Assembly (NCBI GenBank): GCA_965227515.1
Contig: CBDDFZ010000002.1
Span: 192,001 to 256,000, forward strand
Reading direction: 5' to 3'
Source of the DNA: Alphaproteobacteria bacterium
GTDB lineage: Bacteria; Pseudomonadota; Alphaproteobacteria; CALKHQ01
DNA length: 64,000 nucleotides
Part shown: positions 1 through 9,509 of the stretch, in pieces
How positions within the stretch are numbered: the first letter of the stretch is position 1
How the letters are laid out: each line of letters opens with the position of its first letter
The notes under the pieces: generated by a model
What the model saw: only the letters and a program-made list of their open reading frames with translations
Databases searched by the model: none
Told to the model about the DNA's origin: nothing
Made by a program: the position numbers and the translations under genes

Positions 1-840
1 GGTTTCCTGACCCCCAATAACCTGCTCAACATCGTGCGCCAGAGCGCCATGATCGCCGTGATGGCGGTCGCCATGACGTTCGTGCTGGCCGCCGGAGAGA
101 TCGACCTGTCCGTTGGCGCGGTCGCGGGTCTCGGCTCGGTGGTGACGGCGATGACCATATCCGCCTGGGGCTTCGTGCCCGGCGTTTGCGCCGGCCTTGC
201 AACAGGGCTGGTCGTCGGCACCATCAACGGCGTGTTGACGACCAGGATCGGAATACCGTCGTTCCTGGTCTCGCTGGCGATGCTGGGCATAGCGCGGGGC
301 GTCGCGATGTGGATCAGCGACACCGCCGCCATACCCATCCTGAACGAGACCTACACCTTCATCTTCGGTGCCGGGGATCTGGGTCCGATCCCGATCCTGC
401 TTGTTTGGACCCTGATTGCCGCGGCCCTGGGCCATGTCACCCTGCGCAAGTCCCGCTTTGGCCGGCAGGTCATCGCCACAGGCGGCAACGAGACCGCCGC
501 CCGTTTCAGTGGCATCGCCACCGGGCGCATGAAGTTCTACGTATTGCTGCTGTCATCGGTGACGGCGGCGGTGGCGGGCATGCTCTATGCGGGGCGGCTG
601 CACACCGGCCGGTTCCAGTTCGGGGAAGGCGACGAGCTGTCGGTGATCGCTGCCTGCGTGCTGGGCGGCACCAGTTTGTTCGGCGGTTTCGGTACCGTCA
701 TCGGGTCTGTCATCGGCGCGCTCATGATCAGCCTCATCAACAACGGGCTGATCCTCATGGGGCTGGACTTCAGTCAGCAGCTCATCGCGCGCGGCGTCAT
801 CATCCTGCTGGCGGTTGGGCTGGGCCGGAAACGAGGCTGA
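1..840 (+). CDS. Sugar ABC transporter permease (RbsC/CUT2 type), 5' end truncated by the window
   Basis: Frame is open from base 1; hydrophobic protein with GEIDLSVG, FGRQVIATGGNETAARFSGI and ELSVIAACVLGGTSLFGG motifs typical of BPD_transp_2 permeases. Confidence 0.92.
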   Translation, partial: GFLTPNNLLNIVRQSAMIAVMAVAMTFVLAAGEIDLSVGAVAGLGSVVTAMTISAWGFVPGVCAGLATGLVVGTINGVLTTRIGIPSFLVSLAMLGIARGVAMWISDTAAIPILNETYTFIFGAGDLGPIPILLVWTLIAAALGHVTLRKSRFGRQVIATGGNETAARFSGIATGRMKFYVLLLSSVTAAVAGMLYAGRLHTGRFQFGEGDELSVIAACVLGGTSLFGGFGTVIGSVIGALMISLINNGLILMGLDFSQQLIARGVIILLAVGLGRKRG

Positions 841-936
841 ACGGGTAGCGGCGCCGTGGTGCGGTGGCCAGGGTCGGATGCTTGACCTATAAGGTCGCAG
901 CAATGCACCGCACACCACAGACGACTGCCTGACCCC

Positions 937-2676
937 ATGACCGACCGCCGCCCAACTGGCCCGAAACCCACCGGCCCAAAACCCACTGGCATGCGCAGCC
1001 GCCTCGCCAACTATGGCGACCAGGACTTCTCGCTCTACCTGCGCAAGGCCTTCATCAAGGCGATGGGCTATTCGGACTCGGCGCTCGACCGGCCCATCAT
1101 CGGCATCACCGATACCTATTCCGGCTACAACGCCTGCCACCGCAACGTCCCCGACCTGATCGAGGCGATCAAGCGCGGCGTGCAGCATGCCGGCGGCATG
1201 CCGGTGCCGTTCCCGATCGTCTCGGTGCATGAGTCCTTTTCCAACCCGACCTCGATGTTCCTGCGCAACATGATGGCGATGTGCGCGGAGGAGATGATCC
1301 GCGCCCAGCCGATGGACGCGGTGATCCTGATCGGCGGCTGCGACAAGACCGTGCCGGCGTTGCTGATGGCGGCGGCCAGCGTCGACATCCCGGCGCTGAT
1401 GGTGGTGACGGGGCCGATGATCACGTCGACCCATCGCGGTCAGCGGCTGGGGGCCTGCACCGACTGCCGTCGCTTCTGGGGCGAGTTCCGCGCCGGCAAG
1501 ATCGACGCCGCCGAGATCGACGAGATCAGCGGGCGATTGGCGCCGGGGCCGGGCACCTGCATGGTGATGGGCACGGCGAGCACCATGGCGCTGGCGACCG
1601 AGGCGATGGGCATGATGCTGCCCGGCGGGGCGGCGATCCCCGCCGTGCACGCCGACCGGCTGCGCCATGCCGAGGCCAGTGGAGCGGCGGCGGTGCGGCT
1701 GGCGGCCGACGGGCCGCGCCCGACCGAAGTGATGACCGAACGGTCGATGCGCAATGCGTTGCGCGTGGTGCAGGCGGTGGGCGGGTCGACCAATGCCATC
1801 GTGCACCTGGCCGCCGTCGCCGGTCGGCTCGGTTTCGATCTCGACTACGACGACCTCGACCGCATGGGTACCGAAACCCCGGTAGTGGTTGATCTGAAGC
1901 CGACCGGCGCGCACTACATGGAAGACCTGTTCGCCGCCGGCGGGCTGACCACAGTGCTGCGCGAAATCGGCGAGGTGATCGACCGCGACTGTCTGACGGT
2001 CACCGGCAAGACGCTGGGCGAGAATGTCGACGACCAGCCGACGTCGTGGCCGCAGGAGGTGGTACGCCCGCTTAACGTCGGCGGTGCGATCCGTATGTTG
2101 CGCGGCAACCTGGCGCCGCAGGGGGCGCTGATCAAGCAGGCGGCGGCGACGCCGGCATTGTTGCAGCACCGGGGCCGCGCGGTTGTGTTCTCCTCGCTAG
2201 CCGACATGGCCGCGCGTATCGACGATCCGGACCTAGATGTGCACCCCGACGATGTGCTGGTGCTGCAGAACGCCGGGCCGAAGGGCGCGCCCGGCATGCC
2301 GGAGGCCGGTTACATCCCGATCCCGAAGAAGCTCGCCGCCCAGGGCGTGCGCGACATGGTGCGCATCTCCGACGCGCGGATGAGCGGGACGGCGTTCGGC
2401 ACCATCGTGCTGCACATCTCGCCGGAGGCGGCTGTCGGCGGACCGCTGGGCTTGGTGCGCGACGGCGACATCGTAGAACTCGACGTCGAGGGTCGACGCC
2501 TACAGCTCGGCGTGGACGAGACCGAACTCGCCGCCCGTCGCGCTGCTTGGCAGGCCCCCGCCTCCGATGCGGGCCGCGGCTACGAGCGGCTCCACTTCAG
2601 CCAGGTCCTGCAGGCCGAGGACGGCTGCGACTTCGACTTCCTGCGCAAGCATCCGCGCAACCCGGCAGGCATCTGA
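937..2676 (+). CDS. ilvD: IlvD/Edd-family dehydratase (dihydroxy-acid or sugar-acid dehydratase)
   Basis: NACH, GGCDKTVP and GTCMVMGTASTM (three Fe-S cysteines), GPKGAPGMPE and SDARMSGT motifs; location behind a sugar ABC transporter suggests a catabolic paralogue. Confidence 0.88.
   Translation: MTDRRPTGPKPTGPKPTGMRSRLANYGDQDFSLYLRKAFIKAMGYSDSALDRPIIGITDTYSGYNACHRNVPDLIEAIKRGVQHAGGMPVPFPIVSVHESFSNPTSMFLRNMMAMCAEEMIRAQPMDAVILIGGCDKTVPALLMAAASVDIPALMVVTGPMITSTHRGQRLGACTDCRRFWGEFRAGKIDAAEIDEISGRLAPGPGTCMVMGTASTMALATEAMGMMLPGGAAIPAVHADRLRHAEASGAAAVRLAADGPRPTEVMTERSMRNALRVVQAVGGSTNAIVHLAAVAGRLGFDLDYDDLDRMGTETPVVVDLKPTGAHYMEDLFAAGGLTTVLREIGEVIDRDCLTVTGKTLGENVDDQPTSWPQEVVRPLNVGGAIRMLRGNLAPQGALIKQAAATPALLQHRGRAVVFSSLADMAARIDDPDLDVHPDDVLVLQNAGPKGAPGMPEAGYIPIPKKLAAQGVRDMVRISDARMSGTAFGTIVLHISPEAAVGGPLGLVRDGDIVELDVEGRRLQLGVDETELAARRAAWQAPASDAGRGYERLHFSQVLQAEDGCDFDFLRKHPRNPAGI
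952..990 (+). repeat. Imperfect 15-nt tandem repeat encoding PTGPK-PTGPK-PTG at the N-terminus of the dehydratase
   Basis: ccaactggcccgaaa/cccaccggcccaaaa/cccactggc read directly from the sequence. Confidence 0.6.
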
Positions 2677-2703
2677 CCCCACACCCCGCCGGGTGGGGAT
2701 TGG

Positions 2704-3459
2704 TTATGGCCTAGGCCCGATCCCGATGGGCAGCGCGGGTCCGTCGTTCGGTTCCCATGGGCTGTCCGACAGGCCGAGGCTGACCTTGATAAGCTCGCCG
2801 TGCTCACGGAACAGGGCTTCGGCACGGGCGCCGTCCCGCGCCGTCATCGCCGCGACCATGTAGTGGTGCTGCAAGTGGGCCTGGTGCAGGTGGACCGCGC
2901 GATTGCCCGGCGCCATGCGGTCGAACCGGATGGACGCGGGGTCGCCATAGGGCACGCGGTCGAGCACGGCGCGGACGTCTAGCATCAACGGAATGCCGAC
3001 CGCGCGCAGAACCAGTTCGTGAAACGTCGCGTTCATCGCCGCATAGCGCGCCTCGTCGACGACCCCGTCCTGCACGTCGCGAAAGATCGCGTCGCCGTCG
3101 GCAAGGCACGACGCCAGCTCTGCGGCGATGTCCGGTTTCAGCCCCGCCAGCGCCGCCTTTTTCGCGGCCAACCCCTCGATCGCGGCGCGCATCTCGATCG
3201 CCGCTTCGACATCCCTGGCGTCATAGCGCCGGACGACATAGCCGCGGCCGCCCGCGCGCTGCATCACGCCCTCTTCGATCAGCACCGCCAGCGCGTGGCG
3301 AATGGGCGTGCGCGACACGCCGAGGCGTTCGGCCAGCGCCACCTCGGAATGCTTCTTGCCGGGTTCCAGCGTGCCGTTGATCGCGTAGACGCGCAGCGTG
3401 TCGACCACGTGCTTCTGCAGCGTCTCTCCGCCCGATGGCGTGTCGGGTGTGGCGCTCAT
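2704..3459 (-). CDS. GntR/FCD-family transcriptional regulator
   Basis: wHTH SEVALAERLGVSRTPIRHAL plus FCD-type C-terminus (NATFHELV...HHYMVAAM); ATG at 3459 overlaps the stop of the upstream demethylase (ATGA). Confidence 0.9.
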   Translation of the reverse strand: MSATPDTPSGGETLQKHVVDTLRVYAINGTLEPGKKHSEVALAERLGVSRTPIRHALAVLIEEGVMQRAGGRGYVVRRYDARDVEAAIEMRAAIEGLAAKKAALAGLKPDIAAELASCLADGDAIFRDVQDGVVDEARYAAMNATFHELVLRAVGIPLMLDVRAVLDRVPYGDPASIRFDRMAPGNRAVHLHQAHLQHHYMVAAMTARDGARAEALFREHGELIKVSLGLSDSPWEPNDGPALPIGIGPRP

Positions 3460-4838
3460 GTCTGCCGCCGATAGGCTTTGCGCGACGCCTCGCCAATCGG
3501 CCAAGGGTGGATGGACGCGCGGACATTCGCCTGGCGGTGGCGTTCGACGTTCGGCTTGTCGGTCCCGCCGTCCGGCTCGCCCCAGACCACCGAGACCTCG
3601 TTGCCGTCCACGGCAATGTCGGGGTCGAGGATCGCGAGCGAGATCCACGCCCGCTCGTTGGCGGAGAAGACGGGGCTGATCGACACGCCGACGTCCTGCG
3701 AGCCGTTCGGGCCATCCGCTAACACCCGGTCATAGGGGTGGGTGGCGTAGTAGGCGGAGGGCATCTCCATGTACTTCGTCGGCAGCGCCTTGTCGTCCAT
3801 CATCCCGGCGAACACGGAGAGGACATCGGTTTTATCCCAGACCAGCGTCACCTTGCGGCGATGGGGGCCGGCCGCCATCCGCTCCAGTGCCGCGCGGCCG
3901 ATGAAGTCGTGGTCGAACTTGACCACGCGGCCGTAGTCCAGGTCCCACGGGGTCAGGTAGTAGTCGGCCACATCCTCGGAGGCGAAGCTGCCGCCGATGG
4001 TGCTCACCCCCTCGAAACTGTCCTCGCCCAGCCACTGCCGGTAGGGCCTCATGGCCTCGCCCGTGTAGATCGCCGGCAGCGGGGACGGGATCCAGCCGGA
4101 CTCCGCGGCCGCGGACGAATAGGCCCGCGCGCCGACCTGGCGCAGCCCGTGGGCCGCGCCCGCCTCCAGCAGGGCCGCCTTCACCTTGGGCCCGTCCGCA
4201 TACGGTCCCCAAATCTCCAGCCCCTCGGAGCCGCCCATGCCGTGGCAAAGGGTGCGCGCGCGGCAGCCGGCGATGGTGATCTCGCCCATGTTGAAGAACT
4301 TGGTGGTCAGCGGGCCGCCCTCGTTGACCTGGTTCAGGATCGCCAGCGCGTTCGGACCCTGCACCTCGTAGCGGTAGCACTTGCGCGGCGCGTCGGGCGC
4401 ATCGAGGGTGCGCTGGTCGCGTTCGACCGTAACGTCGTAGCCGCCGGTCTCGGCGTGATATTGTATCCAATTCGGCAGCACCGGCCGGCCGACGACATTG
4501 AAGCTGTCGTCCTCCAGCGCGAAGCAGATGCCGTCCCCGATGACGTAGCCGTCGTGGTTCACGCAGACCATCTGCTTGGCCTTGTTCCGCCCGAAGGTCG
4601 CGAAGCTGTTCACCGCGAGGTCTGAGAGCAGGCGCTTCGCATCCGGCCCGCTGACATGGAGGTCGGTCATGTGGAACGACTGGTCCATCAGCGCGGCGGT
4701 CTCGCGCCACGCCCGCTGTTCCTCGATCCAGTTGGTGAACTCGGGCGCGATCGGGAACTGGTAGCGCCCGGTCTTCAGGTTGCGCAGCATCCGCGCCGGG
4801 TTGGGATACCGGGCGATCTTGTCTTCGAGCGATGCCAT
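3456..4838 (-). CDS. ligM: THF-dependent O-demethylase, LigM/DesA type (aminomethyltransferase family)
   Basis: EFTNWIEEQRAWRET, DQSFHM, ESGWIPSPLPAIYTG, VKFDHDFIGRAALE and VWGEPDGG...VERHRQ match vanillate/syringate O-demethylases. Confidence 0.8.
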   Translation of the reverse strand: MASLEDKIARYPNPARMLRNLKTGRYQFPIAPEFTNWIEEQRAWRETAALMDQSFHMTDLHVSGPDAKRLLSDLAVNSFATFGRNKAKQMVCVNHDGYVIGDGICFALEDDSFNVVGRPVLPNWIQYHAETGGYDVTVERDQRTLDAPDAPRKCYRYEVQGPNALAILNQVNEGGPLTTKFFNMGEITIAGCRARTLCHGMGGSEGLEIWGPYADGPKVKAALLEAGAAHGLRQVGARAYSSAAAESGWIPSPLPAIYTGEAMRPYRQWLGEDSFEGVSTIGGSFASEDVADYYLTPWDLDYGRVVKFDHDFIGRAALERMAAGPHRRKVTLVWDKTDVLSVFAGMMDDKALPTKYMEMPSAYYATHPYDRVLADGPNGSQDVGVSISPVFSANERAWISLAILDPDIAVDGNEVSVVWGEPDGGTDKPNVERHRQANVRASIHPWPIGEASRKAYRRQT

Positions 4839-5011
4839 CTGGCTGCCCTCCCGCGAGATAGGTTATGCTCGGCTTGACGCGAGTTTGGTGCGCCAATACA
4901 AGAATTATCGCCCGCTGGGAAGGTCTGCGGGCGAATTTGGGATACAAACGTGGCCGGGTGCGGTCCGAAAGGACACGCCAGCCACGCAAGAACAAACCTG
5001 GGAGGAGACGC

Positions 5012-6025
5012 ATGAGACTGACCCATTTGCGCGCGATTGCGGCCACCGTGACGACCGCGGTGACGGCAACCGTCACGGTCGGCATGGCCGCCGCGACCGG
5101 CGCCTGGGCGGAGACATTGAGTCTCGCCCATTTCGTGCCGCCGCAGCACATCGTGACCAGTTCCACCATCGAGCCGCTGCAGCAGGCGGTGTCGGAAGCG
5201 GCACCCGACCTGGAGATCCAGGTCTATCCCGGCGGCGAGCTTGGCGCCGGTCCGCTGGAGCAGTATGTGCGCGCGGTGCAGGGCGTGGCCGACATCACCT
5301 GGGGCCTGCAGGGCTACACCTCGTCGCAATTCCCCAAGACCATGGTCTCGGAGCTGCCGGGCGTCCTGTCCGATGGGCTGACCGGATATGACGCGCTGTG
5401 GAACGCCTATGACGCCGGGCTGCTGAGCGACGAGTTTCCGGCGACGGTGCCGCTGGCGCTCTACCTGTCCGAGCCGAACATCTTCATCATGAAGGATCGC
5501 GACGTGCGCACGCCCGAGGACGTTGCCGGCCTGAAGCTGCGCGTTTCCGGTGCGGCCGCCGCCAGCGTGGTCGAGGCGCTTGGCGCGGTGCCGGTGCAGA
5601 TGCCGGCCAACGAGATCTACAACGCGCTGCAGACGGGCCTTGTCGACGGGGTCATCACCGGCGCCTCGGCGGTCGGCGACTTCAAGCTCGACGAGGTGGC
5701 CAACAGCTACACGCTCGGCCCCAGCCTGGGGCACATCTCGTTTTATCTCGTGATGAACGAGGCGCGGTACAACGGCCTGTCGGACGCGCATCGCGCGGCC
5801 ATCGATTCCATCGCCGGGCGGCCGCTGTCGCAGTCGGCCGAGGAGGGCTGGAACGGCCGCGCCGCCGACGTGATCGCAGAGTTGAAGGCGGCCGGCGACA
5901 ACACGGTGATCGAGCTTTCGGCCGAGGAGGCGGCGGCGTTCGATGCCCTGACCATCCCGGTGACCGACCAGGTGGTGTCCGAACTCGGCGCGGAGGACGT
6001 GCTCGCGGCGATGCGCGGCGAGTGA
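5012..6025 (+). CDS. dctP: TRAP transporter substrate-binding protein
   Basis: GGAGGAG RBS, signal peptide, YPGGELG, GLKLRV and EIYNALQTGLVDG motifs. Confidence 0.9.
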   Translation: MRLTHLRAIAATVTTAVTATVTVGMAAATGAWAETLSLAHFVPPQHIVTSSTIEPLQQAVSEAAPDLEIQVYPGGELGAGPLEQYVRAVQGVADITWGLQGYTSSQFPKTMVSELPGVLSDGLTGYDALWNAYDAGLLSDEFPATVPLALYLSEPNIFIMKDRDVRTPEDVAGLKLRVSGAAAASVVEALGAVPVQMPANEIYNALQTGLVDGVITGASAVGDFKLDEVANSYTLGPSLGHISFYLVMNEARYNGLSDAHRAAIDSIAGRPLSQSAEEGWNGRAADVIAELKAAGDNTVIELSAEEAAAFDALTIPVTDQVVSELGAEDVLAAMRGE

Positions 6026-6537
6026 CCCTTCTCGACCGGATCGACCGGGGCGCGGAGCGGCTGATCCGCCTCTCCGCGCTTGCCGGTACGATCGGGCTGC
6101 TGGTTGCCGCCGGCGTCGTCCTGGTGGACGTCGTCGGCCGCTATTTCGGGGCGCCGCTGCGCGGTGCGCAGGACATCTCGACCATGGCGATGGTCATCAT
6201 CGTCTTCGGCGGCATGGCACTCTGCGACCGTGTCGGCGGCCACATCTCGGTCGATATCCTGGAACCCTCGATGCCCGGCTGGCTCAAGACCGCGGGCGAT
6301 CTTGCGTCGGACCTGCTGGGCGCGGCGATCTTTATCGGCCTCGCGGTCGCGATCTGGGAAAGCGCCGGTCTCTCCCAGATGCTCAATCTGGCAACCAACA
6401 TCATCAGCCTGCCGAAGGCGTGGTTCCAGTACGCCGCGGTCGTGATGTCGGCGATCACGGCGCTGGGCATGCTGCTGCGGGCCGCCCTGACGGCGATTGG
6501 CCGTAACCCGCGCCGCCGCTTGCAAGAGGCGAAGTGA
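6022..6537 (+). CDS. dctQ: TRAP transporter small permease
   Basis: Four TM segments, DVVGRY and GHISVDIL motifs; lies between dctP and dctM with overlapping start/stop codons. Confidence 0.9.
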   Translation: MTLLDRIDRGAERLIRLSALAGTIGLLVAAGVVLVDVVGRYFGAPLRGAQDISTMAMVIIVFGGMALCDRVGGHISVDILEPSMPGWLKTAGDLASDLLGAAIFIGLAVAIWESAGLSQMLNLATNIISLPKAWFQYAAVVMSAITALGMLLRAALTAIGRNPRRRLQEAK

Positions 6538-7844
6538 GCGACTTCTCGGTCGGCCTCGTGGGCCTGGGCGTCCTGTTCGTGCTGCTGGCCCTGCGTGTCC
6601 CGGTGGCCTTCTCCATGTTCGCCGTCGGCTTCGTCGGCATCGCCGTGCTGCGAGACACGACGTCGGCGATGAGCCTGCTCGCGTCGGAGAGTTTCACCCT
6701 GGCGTCCTCCGCAGAGCTCGTGGTCGTGCCGCTGTTCATCCTGATGGGCAATGTCGCGACCGAATCAGGCATGAGCCGGCGGCTCTACGACGCCGCCTAC
6801 GCGGTCATCGGGCGGCTGCCCGGCGGGCTGGCCTCGGCGACCGCCATCGGTTGTGGCGGGTTCGCAGCACTCTCCGGCTCGTCGGTGGCGTCTGCGCTCA
6901 CCATGGGCAAGGTCTCGATCTCGGAGATGGACCGCTTCAACTACGACCCCCGGCTGTCGACCGGCGTGGTCGCGGCCGGCGGCACCCTCGGCATCCTGAT
7001 CCCGCCGTCCACCGGCTTCGTCATCTACGCCATCCTGGCGCAGGAGAGCATCGGGCGGCTGTTCCTGGCCGGGGTGCTGCCCGGCATCCTGCTGTTGTCG
7101 ATGTTCGTGGCCACGGTCACGCTGCTCTGCCGCATCAACCCGGCGCTCGGCCCCGCCGGCCCGTCCACCAGCATGCGCCAGAAGATGCACGCGATGGCTG
7201 GCGCCATTCCGATCCTCGTCGTCGTCATCCTGACCATCGGCGGCATCTACGCGGGCGTGTTCTCGCCGGTGGAGGCGGCGGCGGTCGGTGCCGCCTTCGT
7301 CATCCTGATCGCGGTCCTGATGGGCCAGTTGACGTGGGCCAGGCTGTGGGCGGCGACCAGTTCGTCGGTGGTGACCACGGCGACCGTGATGCTGATCTTG
7401 ATCGCGGCGCACATGATGAACCCGTTCCTGGCACTCTCCCACATTCCCCAGGCGCTGGGCGAGTTCCTGGCCGGCCTGGAGCTGCCGGCGCTCGGCGTCC
7501 TGGCCCTGATTCTGCTCTGCTACATCGTGCTCGGCTGCTTCCTGGAAGGCTTCGCGATGCTGGTGCTGTCGATGCCGATCTTCTTCCCGATCGTCATCGC
7601 GCTGGAGATCGACCCGATTTGGTTCGGCGTGCTTGTGGTGCTGGCGCTGGAGATGGGCCTGATCTCGCCGCCGGTCGGCGTGAACGTGTTCATCGTGAAG
7701 TCGGTGGCGCCCGGCGTGCCGCTCGGCCGCATCTTCGCCGGCGTGATGCCGTTCTGGATCGCGATGCTGATCACGCTGGCGATCCTGGTCGCCTTTCCCC
7801 AGATCGCGCTGTTCCTGCCCAACACGATGATCGGGGCGCCTTGA
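6534..7844 (+). CDS. dctM: TRAP transporter large permease
   Basis: VPLFILMG, SGSSVA, GGTLGILIPPS and GLISPPVG motifs. Confidence 0.93.
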   Translation: MSDFSVGLVGLGVLFVLLALRVPVAFSMFAVGFVGIAVLRDTTSAMSLLASESFTLASSAELVVVPLFILMGNVATESGMSRRLYDAAYAVIGRLPGGLASATAIGCGGFAALSGSSVASALTMGKVSISEMDRFNYDPRLSTGVVAAGGTLGILIPPSTGFVIYAILAQESIGRLFLAGVLPGILLLSMFVATVTLLCRINPALGPAGPSTSMRQKMHAMAGAIPILVVVILTIGGIYAGVFSPVEAAAVGAAFVILIAVLMGQLTWARLWAATSSSVVTTATVMLILIAAHMMNPFLALSHIPQALGEFLAGLELPALGVLALILLCYIVLGCFLEGFAMLVLSMPIFFPIVIALEIDPIWFGVLVVLALEMGLISPPVGVNVFIVKSVAPGVPLGRIFAGVMPFWIAMLITLAILVAFPQIALFLPNTMIGAP

Positions 7845-7883
7845 TCCCGGTCAGCTTGGGCTGAGGTTTGCGCCGGACCCACG

Positions 7884-9161
7884 CTACAGCGTGAACTGCA
7901 GGTTCTCCGACAGCACCAGGCCGGCGGCGCCGCGCAGGGTCGCCCGATCCTCCACGTCGCCGAGCCGGAAGTGGAGCGCGTGCCCCGGCTGGGCCGGCAC
8001 CATGGCACGAACGTGCTCGGCGATCGCGTCGCGCAGGATGGCACCGCCGCCCACCACGTCGCCGCACAGCACATAGTGGTTGGGCGACATGGTCTGGTGC
8101 AGGTTGGCGACGCCGATGGCGATGTTGCGCGCGAAACGGTCCAGCAGGTCGGCCGCACCCTTGTCGCCATGGTTGGCGAGATAGGTCAACCGCGCGGAAT
8201 CCATGAACTCGTGGTCGGGCAGGCGCAGCTTGCGCGCCTCGTCGCGCAGCCAGAACAGGGTGGCGATGGTCTCCCAGCAGCCGCGCCGTCCGCAGCGGCA
8301 CAAGTCGCCGTCGATCTGCACGAAGGTGTGGCCCAGCTCGCCGCCGCCGCCGCCGGGGCCGCGATAGAGGCGGCCGTCGAGATAGAGCGCGCCGCCCAGC
8401 ACCTCGCCGACCACGATGACGGCGAAGTTGCTGAGCCCCCGGCCGACGCCGAACCAGCGCTCGCCGAGCAGCAGGGCGCGCGGGTAGTGGTCGATGCAGG
8501 TCGCCAGCCCGGTCCGCTGGTAAAGCTCGCGGCCCAGCGGGTAGCCGGCCAGCGCTGGCGCCAGGTTGACCGCGACGATGGTGTTGGTGTCGGTGTTGAT
8601 CATGCCGCCGACCGCGACGCCGATGCCGAGCGGTTCGCGCGGCGCCTGCGCCAGCGTGCGCTCGACGCATCGCATCAGGCCCTCGATCAGCGCGCCGGGG
8701 TCGGACGCGTCGGCATCCAGCGGTTCGCTGTGCTCGGCGTAGATGTGCCCGGTCAGGCCGACCAGGGCGGAACGCGCCATGTCCGGCAGCAGCACGGCGG
8801 CGCAGATCGGTCCGGCCTCCGGGGAAAACCACAAAGGGTGCGCCGGCTTACCGCCGCCGGACGACGGCTTGGCCCGTCCCTCGACCAGTATCCCCTGCTC
8901 CAGCAAGGGCTGGACGATGCCGGAGATTGTCGTCCGGTTGACGGCCGCGCGGCGCGCCAGCTCGGCCCTGCTGGTCGGCCCCAGGTCGAACAGCGCCTGC
9001 AACACCCGGCCGCGATTGGCCGACCCGATCGTGTGCGACGACAGCAGGCCCTGGCGGCGGCCTCGATCGGTTGGGCTGCGGCGCCCGACCAGCCGGTCCG
9101 CGCCGGTTGCCGGCTCGGTGGCACTGGGTCCGTATTCGTCGAATTCGTCGTCGTGGTGCAT
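7884..9161 (-). CDS. ROK-family transcriptional regulator
   Basis: N-terminal HTH (SRAELARRAAVNRTTISGIV), GELGH and the CRCGRRGCWE zinc motif; the real gene is the C-terminal part of the 968-aa ORF, with probable ATG at 9161. Confidence 0.88.
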   Translation of the reverse strand: MHHDDEFDEYGPSATEPATGADRLVGRRSPTDRGRRQGLLSSHTIGSANRGRVLQALFDLGPTSRAELARRAAVNRTTISGIVQPLLEQGILVEGRAKPSSGGGKPAHPLWFSPEAGPICAAVLLPDMARSALVGLTGHIYAEHSEPLDADASDPGALIEGLMRCVERTLAQAPREPLGIGVAVGGMINTDTNTIVAVNLAPALAGYPLGRELYQRTGLATCIDHYPRALLLGERWFGVGRGLSNFAVIVVGEVLGGALYLDGRLYRGPGGGGGELGHTFVQIDGDLCRCGRRGCWETIATLFWLRDEARKLRLPDHEFMDSARLTYLANHGDKGAADLLDRFARNIAIGVANLHQTMSPNHYVLCGDVVGGGAILRDAIAEHVRAMVPAQPGHALHFRLGDVEDRATLRGAAGLVLSENLQFTL

Positions 9162-9327
9162 GGTTTGAAGGTGTGGGCCCTGCGCAGGGCGGGCCAAGCA
9201 TAGTGCGTTGAGAGCACGATACACCCAACGATGTTGACAGCCCCAGACATTAGTGCGAGCCTCGTACTTAATCCGCATGGGGACACATCGACGTGCAGGA
9301 TTCAGGGGGTCTTCGAACAACTTCGTA

Positions 9328-9344
9328 TGGCGACATTGTCGCCA
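9328..9344. promoter_or_regulatory. Perfect 8-1-8 palindrome TGGCGACA-T-TGTCGCCA, candidate operator
   Basis: Lies in the divergent gap between the ROK regulator and the ABC operon; function is inferred only. Confidence 0.35.
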
Positions 9345-9509
9345 GTCGGCGGCGTGGCCGTCGGCGCACCGGCGTGGCTGGAGGCCGCCACTTAAGCTAG
9401 GTGCGGCAACGAACGCCGCACCAGGTGCCGGCTTGCGAGGGATCGAGCGCCGGCATCCCAAATCGCTAGGTATGGCTGTTCGTCCAATCCTAGACTTGGG
9501 AGAAACGTT

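Noticed and set aside
3456-4838. Glycine cleavage T protein (gcvT)
   Set aside because: Length and motifs fit LigM/DesA demethylases, and there is no gcvH or gcvP nearby
9234-9262. Sigma-70 promoter from a perfect TTGACA
   Set aside because: No convincing -10 hexamer at 16-18 bp spacing
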